From: Lama glama
Taxonomy: Eukaryota
Assembly: GCA_028534125.1 (NCBI GenBank)
Contig: CM052817.1
Location: 18,850,001-18,914,000 of the forward strand
Direction of reading: 5' to 3'
Length of the DNA: 64,000 bases
This document shows, piece by piece, positions 24,809-37,652 of this stretch (positions are counted from its first letter, which is position 1; every line of letters starts with the position of its first letter). The notes below the pieces were generated by a model that was not told where the DNA came from, searched no databases, and saw only the letters and a list, made by a program, of their open reading frames with translations. A program made the translations under genes and the position numbers.

Positions 24809-26084
24809 AATCAAGTTTGAGTCCAATGTTAGGCCTAAATGTTAGTGGTATTGCTCTTTAAGTGGGCACTCTAAGATTCCCTCAGGCACAGTAGGTCTTT
24901 GCTGATGAACCTCCAATGCCCTAGATTGGGTCCTTTACTCATCTTCTTATGGGACAGTTCAGCCTGCTCAGAAGTAGAGTAGCTGGCCCAGCATTTACAT
25001 CTCTTTTTGACCACTTTAAGCGGGTTGTCCACACAGTTCTAGAGGAAGTGGTGATGACTAGCTAACTTGTCACTACTTATATGTTCTAATGCTTCTTGAG
25101 TGAGGGGCTTCAATCTCTTATTCAGTATAGGGCAAGTTCCTGTACTGACTCCTTTCCTCAGGTACCTTGAAAAGCTTCTTGCTCTCAGCAGTCACATGGA
25201 CCATCCCTTAAATCATGGCCAGATTCATATTCAAATCTTTCTTACTTGGTTTGCCCCAAATTTGTTTCCTTTGCATTACCCTTGGAGAAGAATTCTCTCT
25301 CTTTAGGGTGTTGAGTTGTAAGTAAGGTTGGTTGGAATCATCTCGTTTTCTTGTAGAGCTGCTGTGACATCACCCAGGAAATAAAAAGCATCTGTAGAAC
25401 CTCTAGTTTCTTATCAGGCAGGAGCATAAAAATAGCCTTGACTGCCTAGAGGTACAGTACTTGGGCACATATGGGTAGATCTGTAGGAAGGTTTCCGAGT
25501 TTTTCATCGTAAATACTCCAAGAAGTTCTCCAAAACACATCTTTAATACGCCTGCCACATTATAAGCAAAGTACCCCCTCATAATTCATGACACTTTTAT
25601 TTATCTGGCACAAAGCCTGAATCTGGGATTTTATCACCTGCCGTTTTTTAGTCCATGTGGTTGAGATATGGATGACACCAGTGAAGGATACTAAGAGAGG
25701 AGATGTGCCTCAGGTCTGGAGAATTAATACACTCCTTGGAGGTTGTTTAAACAATTAAAATGATACAATGTGCACAGGAAGTTGTCAATCTGGCCGCCAC
25801 TGGAGAAGAAATTACCTTTAGTTAAAGAGTAGATCATTGCATCATCACATCATATATCACATCACATCACAGCTGAAATATGGAGGAAAATAGAGTACTG
25901 ACCATATCACCTGAACATCAAATCATGCTTGAAGCTGTCACTGTATGGGAACGTTGTAGTAACATGAGTGAAAAAATGCATTCAAATTTAGGCCAATTTG
26001 AGTGGCCTTCCTTGTGATTTGCAACTAAAAACATCCCAACCTTTAGCATGTTTACATGTGTAAAAACAAGTAAGCTATATAAGG

Positions 26085-26300
26085 TAATAAGGCTTAATAG
26101 TTCTGCTTGCATGTATTTGTACTATGTGGGTTTGAGTCAGGTTGCTTGCCATTTAATCCTGGTTTGCCCACTTAGTGGGTATGTGTCACTGTACCAGTTA
26201 CTTAACTCTCCTAAGCTTGTGCTTTTGTTTGTAAAATTAGCTATGATTTTTTTCCTTCTTCAAAGTATTGTTATAGAGATAAAGTAATATATGTCAAGGA
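26085..26300 (+). mobile_element. MIR SINE
   Basis: gggtttgagtcagg...aatcctggtttgcccacttag...agttacttaactctc...tgtaaaat...ttgttatagagataaa. Confidence 0.7.
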
Positions 26301-26952
26301 TTGCTTTCCTTTAAATATTCGTACTCAGGCTGCTATGCCTTATATCTTAAACTTGTGTCTGAATTAAATGATGAAACAGTTCTACCCATCGGTGCAAGAG
26401 AGCAAAAATCTTTAAGAATGATTATCAGAACAGGATTTTAGCCCAGGTGAATGAAGTCAATTTGCATATGGAATAATATTCAAGAAATTAATTAACTCTA
26501 ATATGAATATCATTTGAGTAAATAAATTGCAACTTGACCATATTAATACAAATTAGGGATACCATTGATACACGTGTGTATATAAACATATTCATGTTAT
26601 ATACAATGATAAAGCAAATCAGATAAATATGACATATATAAAAATATATTGTAATTCATGTATCCTTTTTCTCTGGGTTACTCATTTTTGAATCTGAGGA
26701 CCTGGATGTCAAAGCCATGAGCTATTTTGAGGATTCTGTGTCAGTGCTCCTGCTGTCCATGTGGAGATAAGCCAGGAAATGGCACTTTCTTCTTCATAAA
26801 GTTATTATTCTCAATATGGATTAGGGACAGGGTGATTGTTGGAGTGAAGTGAGCATAGTCACATATCCTGGTAAGTATCTAAAAAGGCAGAACTATTTTA
26901 TAAGATTTATTTATAAGATTTGTAAATCTGTAGATGTCCTGGGTGAGCCGAG

Positions 26953-27297
26953 TGTCTGTTCACAACCTCTGGAGGTTCCCCACTTCAGATTGGTAGGTGG
27001 CAGATTTAATACGCCAGGGAACTTAACACATGAGGCTTGTCTTAGCACAAGATGGGGAGATCTCCATGCTCTCAGAATATTAAAAGGCGTTAACTGGGTT
27101 TAGTCACGTGTACTGTCCAGATGGTCTTGACAACACTTCACTCGCTCAAGGCTGTGCCCTTGAAAAGGCTCCAGCTGTGGGAACAGTGAGCAGCTTGTAA
27201 ATGACAAGGACTGAGAAGAGCTGAGGAGCCTCTGATCGCCTGGGTCTGGCTCAAGGCTCAGCCAATGATCATGTCCTCTTGAGGACCTCATCCAGCA
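26953..27297 (-). mobile_element. ERV solo LTR, family name uncertain, 5-bp TSD
   Basis: TG...CA ends; TSD ccgag (26948-26952) / ccaag (27298-27302); ATTAAA poly(A) signal on - strand near 27005. Confidence 0.8.
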
Positions 27298-27800
27298 CCA
27301 AGTCATCATTGTTTCGGTGGAATGGGGACGGTATTGTTTTAAATAGCTATTTAAAGCAACAGGAGAATCTTATTTAAAATTCTAAAGTATTATACCAGGG
27401 AAACATTTATATTTGTTTATATAAACATTTATACTTATGTTTATATATGTATTAAATATATTATATTAATTTTATTAAGATATTTATTAAATATATTTAT
27501 TCCAAGAATCCCTTGGAACTGCTTCATTGGGCTTCTTTTGCTATGCTTAGAATTAGAGGTATGCTTCCAGAAACAGTGGAAAGGCTATTACTTTCAGCTA
27601 GCTCTTTTCTAACTCGCATACTTAATGAATTAAAAAAAAAAAAAGCAAATTCTTTTTTAAATGTTCTCCCAGTGTGAAGAGGAATAGTTTTGTAAGGAGA
27701 TTGCCAAGAATTGATAAATACAATTAATTCAATAAGAAAATCTTTCATAGAAGAATACCTGTGCCTTCATGTTGCTTGAAAAATGTTAGAATTCCAGTTC

Positions 27801-28017
27801 CAGCTGACCTTCTAACAATGCTACGGTTAGGGGTGCTGACCCTACAGATGATCGAAAATCTGTGTGTAATTTATAGTCTGCCCTCCGCATCCCCAGTTCC
27901 TCTGCGTCTGTGGATTCCACCAACCATGGACCCTGTAGTGCTATATTTGCTATTGAAAAATATCTGCATATGAGTGGACCTGCACAGTTCAAACCTGAGT
28001 TATTCAGAGTTCAGCTG
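27801..28017. mobile_element. Tigger2a/MER8-type TcMar MITE
   Basis: TIRs cagctgaccttctaacaa / ttattcagagttcagctg; internal ttaggggtgctgaccc and agtggacctgcacagttcaaacc. Confidence 0.85.
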
Positions 28018-29153
28018 TGCATGGTGACACTTCAAATCCCCTTTCTTTTCCTCCTTAATTCTTTCATGGCATAAAATTGTTCCAGGGTACCTCCTATATC
28101 AAGTCTTTTAAATTTTCCCTGTAATTAATTCAGGGAGCTTTTCAACATCTCTTCCTCTGTTCAGACTTCCCATCTCCTTTACTCTTAGCTTTTTATTGTG
28201 TAGAAACATCTCCCTTCTCCATCTAAATACGTTCTTCCCTCCTTCAGTTTTCTGCCTTGTCTCTATCTGGGTAAGTGCAGTTCTAAAGAGATGGAAATAT
28301 GAGGAAGAAAGAGCAGGGAAAGACAAAGGGCAATAGAAAGGAGTACTCAGGCATTAATAAATCATGTCCTGATCAGATGTATTTTAAACAGTTTTTAAAC
28401 AAGAAATGTGCAAGATGAATGGAAATAATGTCAAGGAAGCTGAATCATTCCCAATAAACCTGATGTTTTATTTTTTATAAGATGTTCTACACTATCAATA
28501 TAAAATTCACTCAATTCAAAACAGAGATATTCTTGGTGACTTTTTTCTGTATGTAAAAAAAAAATGATTGCAAAGTGTCTATTGTGGTTTTGCTTTGAAA
28601 ATTCAAGAAGCAGACCTTAATGAGTGTCACGATGAGAAGCATCTCTTTGAAGAGCTATGAATCTTTTAATGTCTCTGTTACACTATTTTTCAGTGGTAGT
28701 GTCTGTAACCAGAAGCTCATCTCAAAGCCTCTGCCGGGGCCAGGTACGTCTCACCTCCTCTGCAGGATAATGTTGCATTCAGTTGGTAAAAGGACAGTCT
28801 TAAACATAGTAGTTGTATGTTTTTCTCCTTTGTTGTCAGTTTCAGTTTAACTTGCTTGAAATTAGTACGTTTTTTTCATCAGTAAGGAACTTTATAATGA
28901 TGATAACCCTAGCATTAAAGGTACAATGGATTATGAAACATGACAGTATTTATCACATGCTTTTATTTTTGAAAACAGTGATCCCTAATTGTAGGAGTAT
29001 GAAATAAATAATCCATTCTCAGTAAGGAGAACTTGAAAATACCTTCCAAGTTCCAAAGGACAGATGAGGGAGGTTAAAATAGCAGGAGAAATAATCTGTA
29101 GTATGTGTTTTGGAGTCAGGAACACATTTGTTTCATTAGGATTAGAGCTTCTA

Positions 29154-29188
<35 letters not shown>

Positions 29189-29420
29189 TTGAACAGTTAC
29201 TGGGAGACACATGTTCCTTTTGTGTGCATTAATTCATTTAATTCATGTATCACCCCTATGAATTTATTACTATTATTCCAAGTATAAAATTGGTGACTGA
29301 GTCTTAGAGAGGTAAAGGTAAGTTATCTGCAAATATATAATAAAGGAGTAGAATATAAAGGGTTCAAACAAAAATCGAAATTCCAAAGCCCATACACCCA
29401 ATTACTAGCATATACTGCCA
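29154..29420 (-). mobile_element. MIR with (TAC)10 microsatellite (29154-29183) at its tail
   Basis: aattcatttaattcatgtatcacccctatga...actgagtcttagagaggtaaa...ttccaaagccc. Confidence 0.7.
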
Positions 29421-29439
29421 CTTTATTCTCGTGACTTAA

Positions 29440-29800
29440 ATGTCAGCCATAGGAAATAAAATGCGCTCTGGTTCATTTAAGCAGAAGAGCAAATGAACAG
29501 AGTGTATTGGGAAGCTCACATACTCTCCAAGAGGGACAGAGAGTGAGGTTTGGAGGCCACTCTTGAAGGACACACTAACCATACCATGGGGGAGTTCCAG
29601 GGAGACCCCCACAGCATCTATAGGTCACAGAGTCTGAGGGTCACACCACTCCCTTCTTCGTTGCCACTGCTGCCACTCCAAGGCCATGGACTCTCTGTGT
29701 GCTGCATTGTCACATGGTTCGGTCTGATTAAATCCCCACTCAGGTGTCTGAGGGAGTCTAGCTGCAAGGGAGCCTGGGAAAGAGAGTTCAGAGGAAAACC
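29440..29800 (-). mobile_element. old MaLR LTR (MLT1M/N/O-like)
   Basis: ctctggttcatttaagcagaa...tattgggaagctcaca...ctagctgcaagggagcctgggaaag. Confidence 0.65.
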
Positions 29801-29858
29801 TACCCAAGGCCTTCTCAGCAGCATTCCTTTCGCAGTCCCCTAGGGTTCTTTGTATTTT

Positions 29859-30545
29859 TGTAACCAAACAGGAGCCTATGAAGCCATCCCAGGGCAGAAC
29901 CCCTGCCCTCTGCCTCCCATCGCCTGCATCCTCTGCCTGCCTCTTGTCTGTAAAAAACTTTAGCCAAAGAATAAATTTAATCATAGAAGTGAGAAAATGC
30001 AGAAGCAAACAAGAAAAAAAATATTAATAGTTTAATCATTAAGCCAAGTCAGGGACCTTTAGTTTCTCCTCTTGGGCTGTAGATAATATTCTGAGCATAT
30101 CCTTTGAGCTGTTTTCCAAGGTGGAAGAAGCTTACTGCATGATTACTGGGCTGTAGCCATTACATAAACTGCTCCATCTTACACGATTCCAAGAACTGGC
30201 CTCAAGGAAATGGTAACAAACCGACCTTGGAGTTAAAGAGTATCTGTACTTAAAACAGTCAACATGGTACCGATCAGATCACTGCATGACCAATTTCAAG
30301 ATGATTGTTGGAGCTGACTGTGCTGGTCTGCATGTAGCCCCGCTCTCTTTTATGTACCCCTGAAATTCCCTTTTGAAAGCTCTTGTCACCTGATCAGCAG
30401 TGGGAGTTGGTTCTTTGGGACATGAGTTTACCTTCTCCCCAGGATTTCCTGCTTCCTCAGTAAAGCTATCTTTCCTTTTAAACAACACATGTCTCTCAAT
30501 ATTGGATTCTTGAGTGCTGAACAGCTGAACCTAAGTTTGGTAACA
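29859..30545 (+). mobile_element. complete ERV1-class solo LTR (687 bp)
   Basis: ends TGTAACCAAAC...GTTTGGTAACA (10/11 inverted); perfect 4-bp TSD tttt (29855-58, 30546-49); AGTAAA signal ~30459. Confidence 0.9.
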
Positions 30546-30574
30546 TTTTGTACTCAGAATAACTACTTTGTATT

Positions 30575-30730
30575 ACAGCTCATCTTGTGTGCACTGATAT
30601 TTCCCAGTGTATTATGACATCTTTAGTCCAGGACTGGGCGTATCCATCTTTGTCTCTCCCAGGGATCCTAGCACAGTACTTGACATATAATTTATTTATC
30701 ACTATTTCTTTCAGTTGATTGAACTGAATG
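30575..30730 (+). mobile_element. L2 3' end
   Basis: catctttgtctctcccagggatcctagcacagtacttgacatata...ttgattgaactgaat. Confidence 0.65.
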
Positions 30731-31334
30731 CCTCTCTTGGAATAAGGATGAGACAGAGACAGAGCTACTGAAATAATTTCTGCGAAAGGAAATGGTGAGT
30801 CACACCTCTTGGTTCCTGTTCCAGAACACTTCAATCATGCAATACTAAATTATTCTACTCAAACACAGTTTTTCTCTACCTTCCTATTCATAGGCAGAAC
30901 TTCCCACTTAAGATTTTTAGCAGAATATTTCTAATTATATGGTTAAAGAAATGGGCACATTGTCTTTTATTCATGGCCATTTAAATTAGTGATAGTAGGA
31001 TCTCATTTGATGCAGTTTAAAAAATAAGATTATAGACTATTTAAGCTAAGAGCTAAAAATCATTTATTATAATGTTTCTCATTTAGAAAATTGAAGAAAT
31101 AAAAGGTTGAACCAAGAGATTATGAAATGACCTGTGCCTCCAATACTGAATTAAGCTGGGATGCTGTGGATCCCTGCTGCACTTTGTACTTACAGCATGA
31201 AGAAAGGTCTTTTCTGCTGCTCATTGCATTTACCCAATTAGTAGTTGTAGCATGCACTAGATTCAGAACTTTTATTTAGGTAGTTAGTTACTTATTTAGA
31301 TATTTATTCATTTATTCTGTTTTGAGAAATTTTT

Positions 31335-31471
31335 TTTTAAATTTAACTTTAAATGTTTAAATGTTACTTTCCATTTACTGTTATTACAGAATTGACTATA
31401 TTTTCCATGTTGTACAATACATCTTTTGAGCATATCTAGGGAGGTACAAACTACTGGTATAAGATAGACTC
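31335..31471 (-). mobile_element. ~140-bp L1 3'UTR insertion with 5' inversion, inside an L2 tail
   Basis: antisense L1 3'UTR (31335-31438) followed by sense gaggtacaaactactggtataagatagactc (31441-31471); TSD agaa(a/c)ttttt 31325-31334 / 31472-31481. Confidence 0.8.
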
Positions 31472-31779
31472 AGAACTTTTTGAGGTCAGAGACTGTGAAA
31501 TGTTTATGGCTGGAGACCCATCGCCTAGGATCAGTCTTAACTCACAGTAGGTGCTTAGTAAATCAGTGTTAATTGTGATTGAAAACAAAGCCTCTGTGAT
31601 TTTGATATTCTTCTGGTGGCTTAGGACAGACACTCATTGTCTGTCCCTTATTTGTAAATAATTCAAATCTCACAAGGCACCAAAGCAGAAGAGATTTGGT
31701 CTTAAAGAGAATAGCACAGTCATAGGCATTCTTACTCTGGATGAAATTACTCAAGCTAAAAGACCTCCCCCAAGTCCTG

Positions 31780-32640
31780 TAAGGTAACAGCAGGAAGACC
31801 TTTCTGGTTACAGTGATAAATATAAGGGTGGCTAAAACCAGGCCAATTGTAGCAGCAGTGGTGAGCAGTTTGGGATTCTGAATATATCTTGAGACTAAAG
31901 CTAATTGCGTTGCCTGATGAATTGATGAAGATTATGAGAGAAAAAAAAAAGATCCATAGATGACTTCGAGGTTTTTGGTCCGACTAACTGGAAACAGGAA
32001 CGGCAACATTTCTCGAGCGGGTAAGAACTGCAGGTGGGATAAGATTTGACGGGAAGGTTGGGAGTTTAACACCAAACATACTAAATGTTCTCCTATTAAT
32101 CTATCCTTGTCAGTTTAATTTTGAGACCTAGCTAGGGACCTTAAGAGGGTCAAGGAAAGCATTTTTCTCCCATACAACACTGTTTATTCACATAGAAACT
32201 GGCAAGTAGTGGATGTGGAAGTTAACTTTGGAAGTTGTGTGAATCTTTTCAGGGAAGTGGGAAGTAAAAAGAGAGATAATGGCAGAAGAGGTTTGGAATT
32301 TTGAGGAAAGGGAAAAAGACATGCCATAGTTACGTAGGAGAGATGAGTGGGCCAGGAAAATACAGTCAGGCGATGAGGCAGCGTGAGGATCCGCTTGAAC
32401 CTGTGGTTGTGAATTTAGTGAAATGAGTCACTGTGGTCATACAGCCATGGTTAGCTGCGTGCAAAGAGTCCATTTGGAGATAGACAAGTGGAGTTTACTG
32501 CAGTATGATTTTTGCCAAATAAATACAGTTAAGCAAAAGAGAAGCATGTGTTTCACATTTTAGGCAGATGAGTAATTATAATAATAGACAATGGAATTAA
32601 ACTGGTTAAAGTAGGGGATGAGGGCATTAGTGTAGGTGAT
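31780..32640 (-). mobile_element. L2 fragments interrupted by a MER34-like LTR 3' piece (+, ~32065-32175)
   Basis: gattctgaatatatcttgag...gatgacttcgaggtttttggt (L2); tctcctattaatctatccttgtcagtttaattttgagacc...cccataca (antisense homolog of 48640-48730). Confidence 0.7.
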
Positions 32641-32785
32641 ATACACAGTTACTTAACAGAGATACCCATTCAGGTACAGCATCTGGTGTGGTGGAGTGCT
32701 TAGGAATTTTGATGTTAAGTCAAAAGAATGTAGACTAAGACAAACTTGCTACAACTTTTAAATACTAAGTTGGTCCAAAAGCAAG

Positions 32786-32786
<1 letters not shown>

Positions 32787-32819
<33 letters not shown>
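32787..32819. repeat. (CA)16 microsatellite
   Basis: directly visible. Confidence 0.95.
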
Positions 32820-32821
<2 letters not shown>

Positions 32822-34680
32822 TAACATTATTATAGCATCTTTTTTTTCACTCTGTCTCAAGATGTTTGTTTGGAAGATTGAAACTGTGGATAGTCCTATT
32901 CATGGAGAATATCTCACATCTTTTTTTAATGAGAAAGAATGAGGCATACTTCCATCATCACATCAAGATGGACTGTTTGAGTGGTGGAATATGATTGCCA
33001 ACAAAGAAAGCGTACAAATAAACAAATATATCCTTACAGAAAAAAATAAGTCCAGAGAATCAAATGTTCAGTGCTGCAGTTGTTACATTCCTTTCATTTA
33101 TCATTTCAAGCTGCATTATTTTGATGGCTTTTCAGCTGTGAGACTACTGGTGCTGATGGAGAGATAATGAAATACTGAAAGCCTCAGACAACAGAAATGT
33201 CTCAAACTGGTAATGGGCATCCTCCTTCAGTTTATTATCTCCAGCTGTGCTGTTTGACTGTTTTTGTGAAGAGATGCCACACGAGGTGAATATTGAATTG
33301 AAAATAAAGGATCTGATGTCAGAAGCAACCAGATCCACCTAAAACCTGTATTATGAGATAGGCAAGTTGTGAAGATTGCCCTCACATGCCACCTTGAAAC
33401 ACAGCTCCGTGTCCATCAAGTAAAATGTGACCAGTGTAAGTTTCTTTCTGTGGAGGTGTGTCAACCTCAACGTTCACAATGGCACTTAATAATAAACTTA
33501 CTGATTATATACCCAGACAGTATTCTGAGTAATATCCCAGAATAATCAAGGTATCAGAGTGTGACTGAATATTTTCTTATATCAGGATCTCTGGATAGAA
33601 TAAAATTTAAATAATTTCATTTAGAGTAAGATTGAGAATGTTTGCTACCTTATTCTATACCGTTCTCTTTAGCTTGATTCTTACATTCTGATGTCATGGG
33701 CCATTTTAATTACATGCAAACAATGAAAACTGAAAAGAAAGAAGTAAGTTAAACAACCAAAAGTACAATAAAGTAACTGAACAAAAAGAGCAAGTATTCA
33801 ACTTTTCTTGACCTCTCAGAGAGCTGAAGTTGCAGGACAACCAACTGGCTCAAGGTCTAAGGTGAGCAGGGAGCTGGCAGGGAGAGACAAGACATGAGCC
33901 CTGGCTTACCTGGGCAAAACACAGCGGCACACTGGTGAGAAGAGTTCATCCACGGTCATTGACAACTGTTGGGAGGTTGGCCAAGTATATGCTACGGACA
34001 GAGAGTCCTAATGAGAGCTCCCTGATGATGAGCAGCAACCAATGCAGGAAGGATTTAAAACTCCACTGGGACCCTCCTCTCCTTAACCTGTGAGAGGAAG
34101 GGCTATAAACACTGCCACTCTCAAGGCACTAGGAGAAGGGAACACTACAAAAAAGTAATAACTCAAACCAACTCTCTACTCCTGGGACAGAGTCATGAAC
34201 ACATGCTGGGCTCAGACCTAAACGTGATGGAAAGGGTTGAGAGCTTCAAGACCACACCTCTGAAACCCAGTGACTTGGTGCCCACCTACAACTAAGAATT
34301 AATCAGAGTAACCAACCCTGTCCTCCCTTGCACACATATACACACACTTCACATCTGGTCCCCTACCAGGCTATATAGAATTGAGCCAACAGTAACTAGC
34401 AAAATAGAATCCTTCTCTGAAGTTTAGCTCAAAGGGAAAACCTAAAGCTGAGGATAGATCAGAAATAGAATGCACCTACATACACATATTTACACAATTG
34501 AAAAATAAAAATTAAAGCAAAAATTTACACACCAGCCACTCCTCTCTCCCTCAAAAAAGAAAAATGTTGAATATAAAGAACATTCTTTAGATGAATATAC
34601 TACCGTTTAGAAACTTGTACCTACATAAAGAAATGAGAACAAAGTTAATGGAATAAATGAAAGTAAAATTAAATTACTTT

Positions 34681-35298
34681 TGTCTTAGTTTTCTTTTGTT
34701 GCATAACAAATTACCACAGATTGTGCAGCTTAAAATCTCACATACTTATTATCTTGCAGTTCTGTAGGTCGGAAACCTGAGCTCTCTGCTCGAGATCTTC
34801 CAAGGCCAGCCGTGAGATCTCATCGGAGGCTCAGGATCCCCTTCCAGACTCACCCATTATTGCCAGAATTCAATTTCTTGCAGTTAAAACATTTAAGTCC
34901 CTGTTTTCTTGCTAGTTATCAGCCGGGATCTGCCCTCAGCTGTCAGAGGCCAATGTCAGACTCCCATCAGTGGTCCCTCAACATGTGGATCACAGCATGG
35001 CTGTTGCTGCTCCAGCCCAGTAGGAGGCTCTCTCTGAAACTTCCCACTGAAATCTTCCAGTACTTAGTCATTAGGTTAGGTTCACCCGGAATAATCTGTC
35101 TTTTGATTAATTTAAAGTCAAATGATTAGGAAGCTTGTTTACATCTGAAAAATATTTTCTATCATATAATATAACATAATCTTGGGAGTGATCTCTTTCT
35201 ATACGCAGGTCTTCCATAACTTGAGGTGTGGATTATAGAGTGTATGTACACCAAGGGCCTGGTTTCTTGGAGGTCATTTTAGAATTCTGTCCACCAGA
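34681..35298 (-). mobile_element. MaLR solo LTR (MLT1E-like)
   Basis: tgtcttagtt...gttgcataacaaattaccaca start, ttagaattctgtccaccaga end; 5-bp TSD acttt/atttt. Confidence 0.9.
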
Positions 35299-36771
35299 AT
35301 TTTTATTCTGTTTTTAATTATTCTAAAAGATGACTGATTATCTAAAGCAAAAATGGTAGTAATACATTGTGTGTTTATAGCATGTGGAAAACAAAGGTGA
35401 ATCACAATAGCAGTGAGGACTGGAAAAGAGGAAGAGAATTTTCACAAGTTTCTTACATTATACATGAAATAGCATAGTATTTTCTGAATATAACTATGGA
35501 CACTGAAAACTCTTGGGAACAACTATAAAGTTAAAAAACAAAAATAAGTATAAATCAAAAAAAATAGAATAAATGAACTGGAATGATAAAATAATGCTCA
35601 ATTAACTCAAGAAGGCAGTAAAAAATAATCCAAAGCAGATGAGAAAAAAAAAATCTAGCAACTTCGTCAATTTTAATTTTTGAATATGAATAATTATATG
35701 TAATACTTAAAAAATACCAGTTAAAAGACAAATTGTAAAGTTTGTTGAAAATGTAAGACATGACTATAGGCTGTCTTCTTTAAAGGCAAAAAGGTGAAAG
35801 TTTAAGGATGTTGAAAGATATACCATGTGAACAGTAACCAAACTAAAGCTGGAGGTATATATTAAAAAATAAGGCAAAGTAGACTTCAGAATAAAGATTA
35901 TCACCAGGGGTTAAAAAAGACATTACACAATGAGAAAACATTTTGTTTTTTTTTTTACTCCAAGACACAGCATTCTAAATGTATGGTATCTAAGAATATT
36001 TCTTCAGATTATATATAGGGAAACTGACAAAACTTAAGGAAGAAATAAGGAAATCTAGAAGTTTAGCTAAAGATTTTAGCATTTCTCTTTCAGTAATTGC
36101 TAAAGAAATAGTTAATAAATCAGTGAACGTACAGATGACCTGAATAGTACTGTGAACCACCTGGACCTAGTTTGTGTAAACTTTTCTACTCCAGAATAGT
36201 AGAATATACATTCTTCTTAAGAGCATATAGAAAATTAACAAAGATAGACAATCTACTACATAATAAAATGCATACTAACAAATTAAAAAATACAAATCAA
36301 ACAAAAATTATTCTTGTGTCATAACAACCAAACTGGAAGTTAGTAACTGAAAGATATCTGGAAAAATCCTTAAGTATTTGTAAGTTTAAAAATGTAAATA
36401 ACCTATGAATCAAAGAAGAGGTCTCAAGACAAAATTTAAAAATATTTTGAACTTAATGAAATTGAAGGACAGCATATCAAAATTTGTGAGATCAATAAAT
36501 ACTTACAATTTAAAGGAAAAAAAGAGTTTAAATTAGTAATTTAGACCCATCCTATGAAACTAAAGAAGGTGAAATAATGGGAGCAGCACAGTGAAAGAAA
36601 GAATAAAGAGCAGAAGACAATGATACAGAGGATAGAAAAACAATTAAGAAAATAAATTAAACTAAAATTTAGTTACTTTAAAAACAGTATCAATAAAATC
36701 AATAAACTTATTGAATCTGGTCAGAATGAAGAAGAGGAAAAAAACACTAAACAGTATCAGAAATGAGAAAC

Positions 36772-37271
36772 NNNNNNNNNNNNNNNNNNNNNNNNNNNNN
36801 NNNNNNNNNNNNNNNNNNNNNNNNNNNNNNNNNNNNNNNNNNNNNNNNNNNNNNNNNNNNNNNNNNNNNNNNNNNNNNNNNNNNNNNNNNNNNNNNNNNN
36901 NNNNNNNNNNNNNNNNNNNNNNNNNNNNNNNNNNNNNNNNNNNNNNNNNNNNNNNNNNNNNNNNNNNNNNNNNNNNNNNNNNNNNNNNNNNNNNNNNNNN
37001 NNNNNNNNNNNNNNNNNNNNNNNNNNNNNNNNNNNNNNNNNNNNNNNNNNNNNNNNNNNNNNNNNNNNNNNNNNNNNNNNNNNNNNNNNNNNNNNNNNNN
37101 NNNNNNNNNNNNNNNNNNNNNNNNNNNNNNNNNNNNNNNNNNNNNNNNNNNNNNNNNNNNNNNNNNNNNNNNNNNNNNNNNNNNNNNNNNNNNNNNNNNN
37201 NNNNNNNNNNNNNNNNNNNNNNNNNNNNNNNNNNNNNNNNNNNNNNNNNNNNNNNNNNNNNNNNNNNNNNN
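36772..37271. other. assembly gap, exactly 500 N
   Basis: run of N. Confidence 1.
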
Positions 37272-37428
37272 GGCAAACTTCTTCCCTATAAATTTCACAG
37301 GGAACGCGGCTGTGCCAACACATCGATTTTAGATGTATAGCCTCCAGAGGTATGAGATAGTAAATATTTGTTATTTTAAGCCAACCCGGTGGTAAGTACT
37401 TTTTATGGCAGCCTTAGGAACTGATACA
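37272..37428 (+). mobile_element. MaLR LTR 3' part (MLT1A-D-like), 5' part lost in the gap
   Basis: gccaacacatcgattttaga...gcctccaga...tgttattttaagcca...atggcagccttaggaactgataca. Confidence 0.85.
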
Positions 37429-37652
37429 TCAAATATCAAGGCAGCACAGAATGCTGAATCTTGAATTCAGACCTCACACCACACATAGCCAAGGATAAAA
37501 AATATAGTACACATTGGAAAAAAATGCATACAATTGTCTCTATTGACAGATGACATTATTTTCTATTTGGAAAAAATGAAAGAATATACAAAAAATGTCT
37601 CCAAAACTAACAAGTTTGTAGGAGACAAAGGCAAATGTATAAAAATCAACTT

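Noticed and set aside
27400..27500. Very AT-rich quasi-palindromic stretch
   Set aside because: Low-complexity sequence; self-complementarity is trivial
29105..29287. ORF with poly-Leu resembling a signal or transmembrane segment
   Set aside because: Translation of a (TAC)10 microsatellite at a MIR tail; non-ATG start
29625..30008. 127-aa minus-strand ORF
   Set aside because: Spans two unrelated LTRs; no recognisable protein features
36662..37340. Five ORFs of 183-209 aa
   Set aside because: All are poly-X from the second N gap
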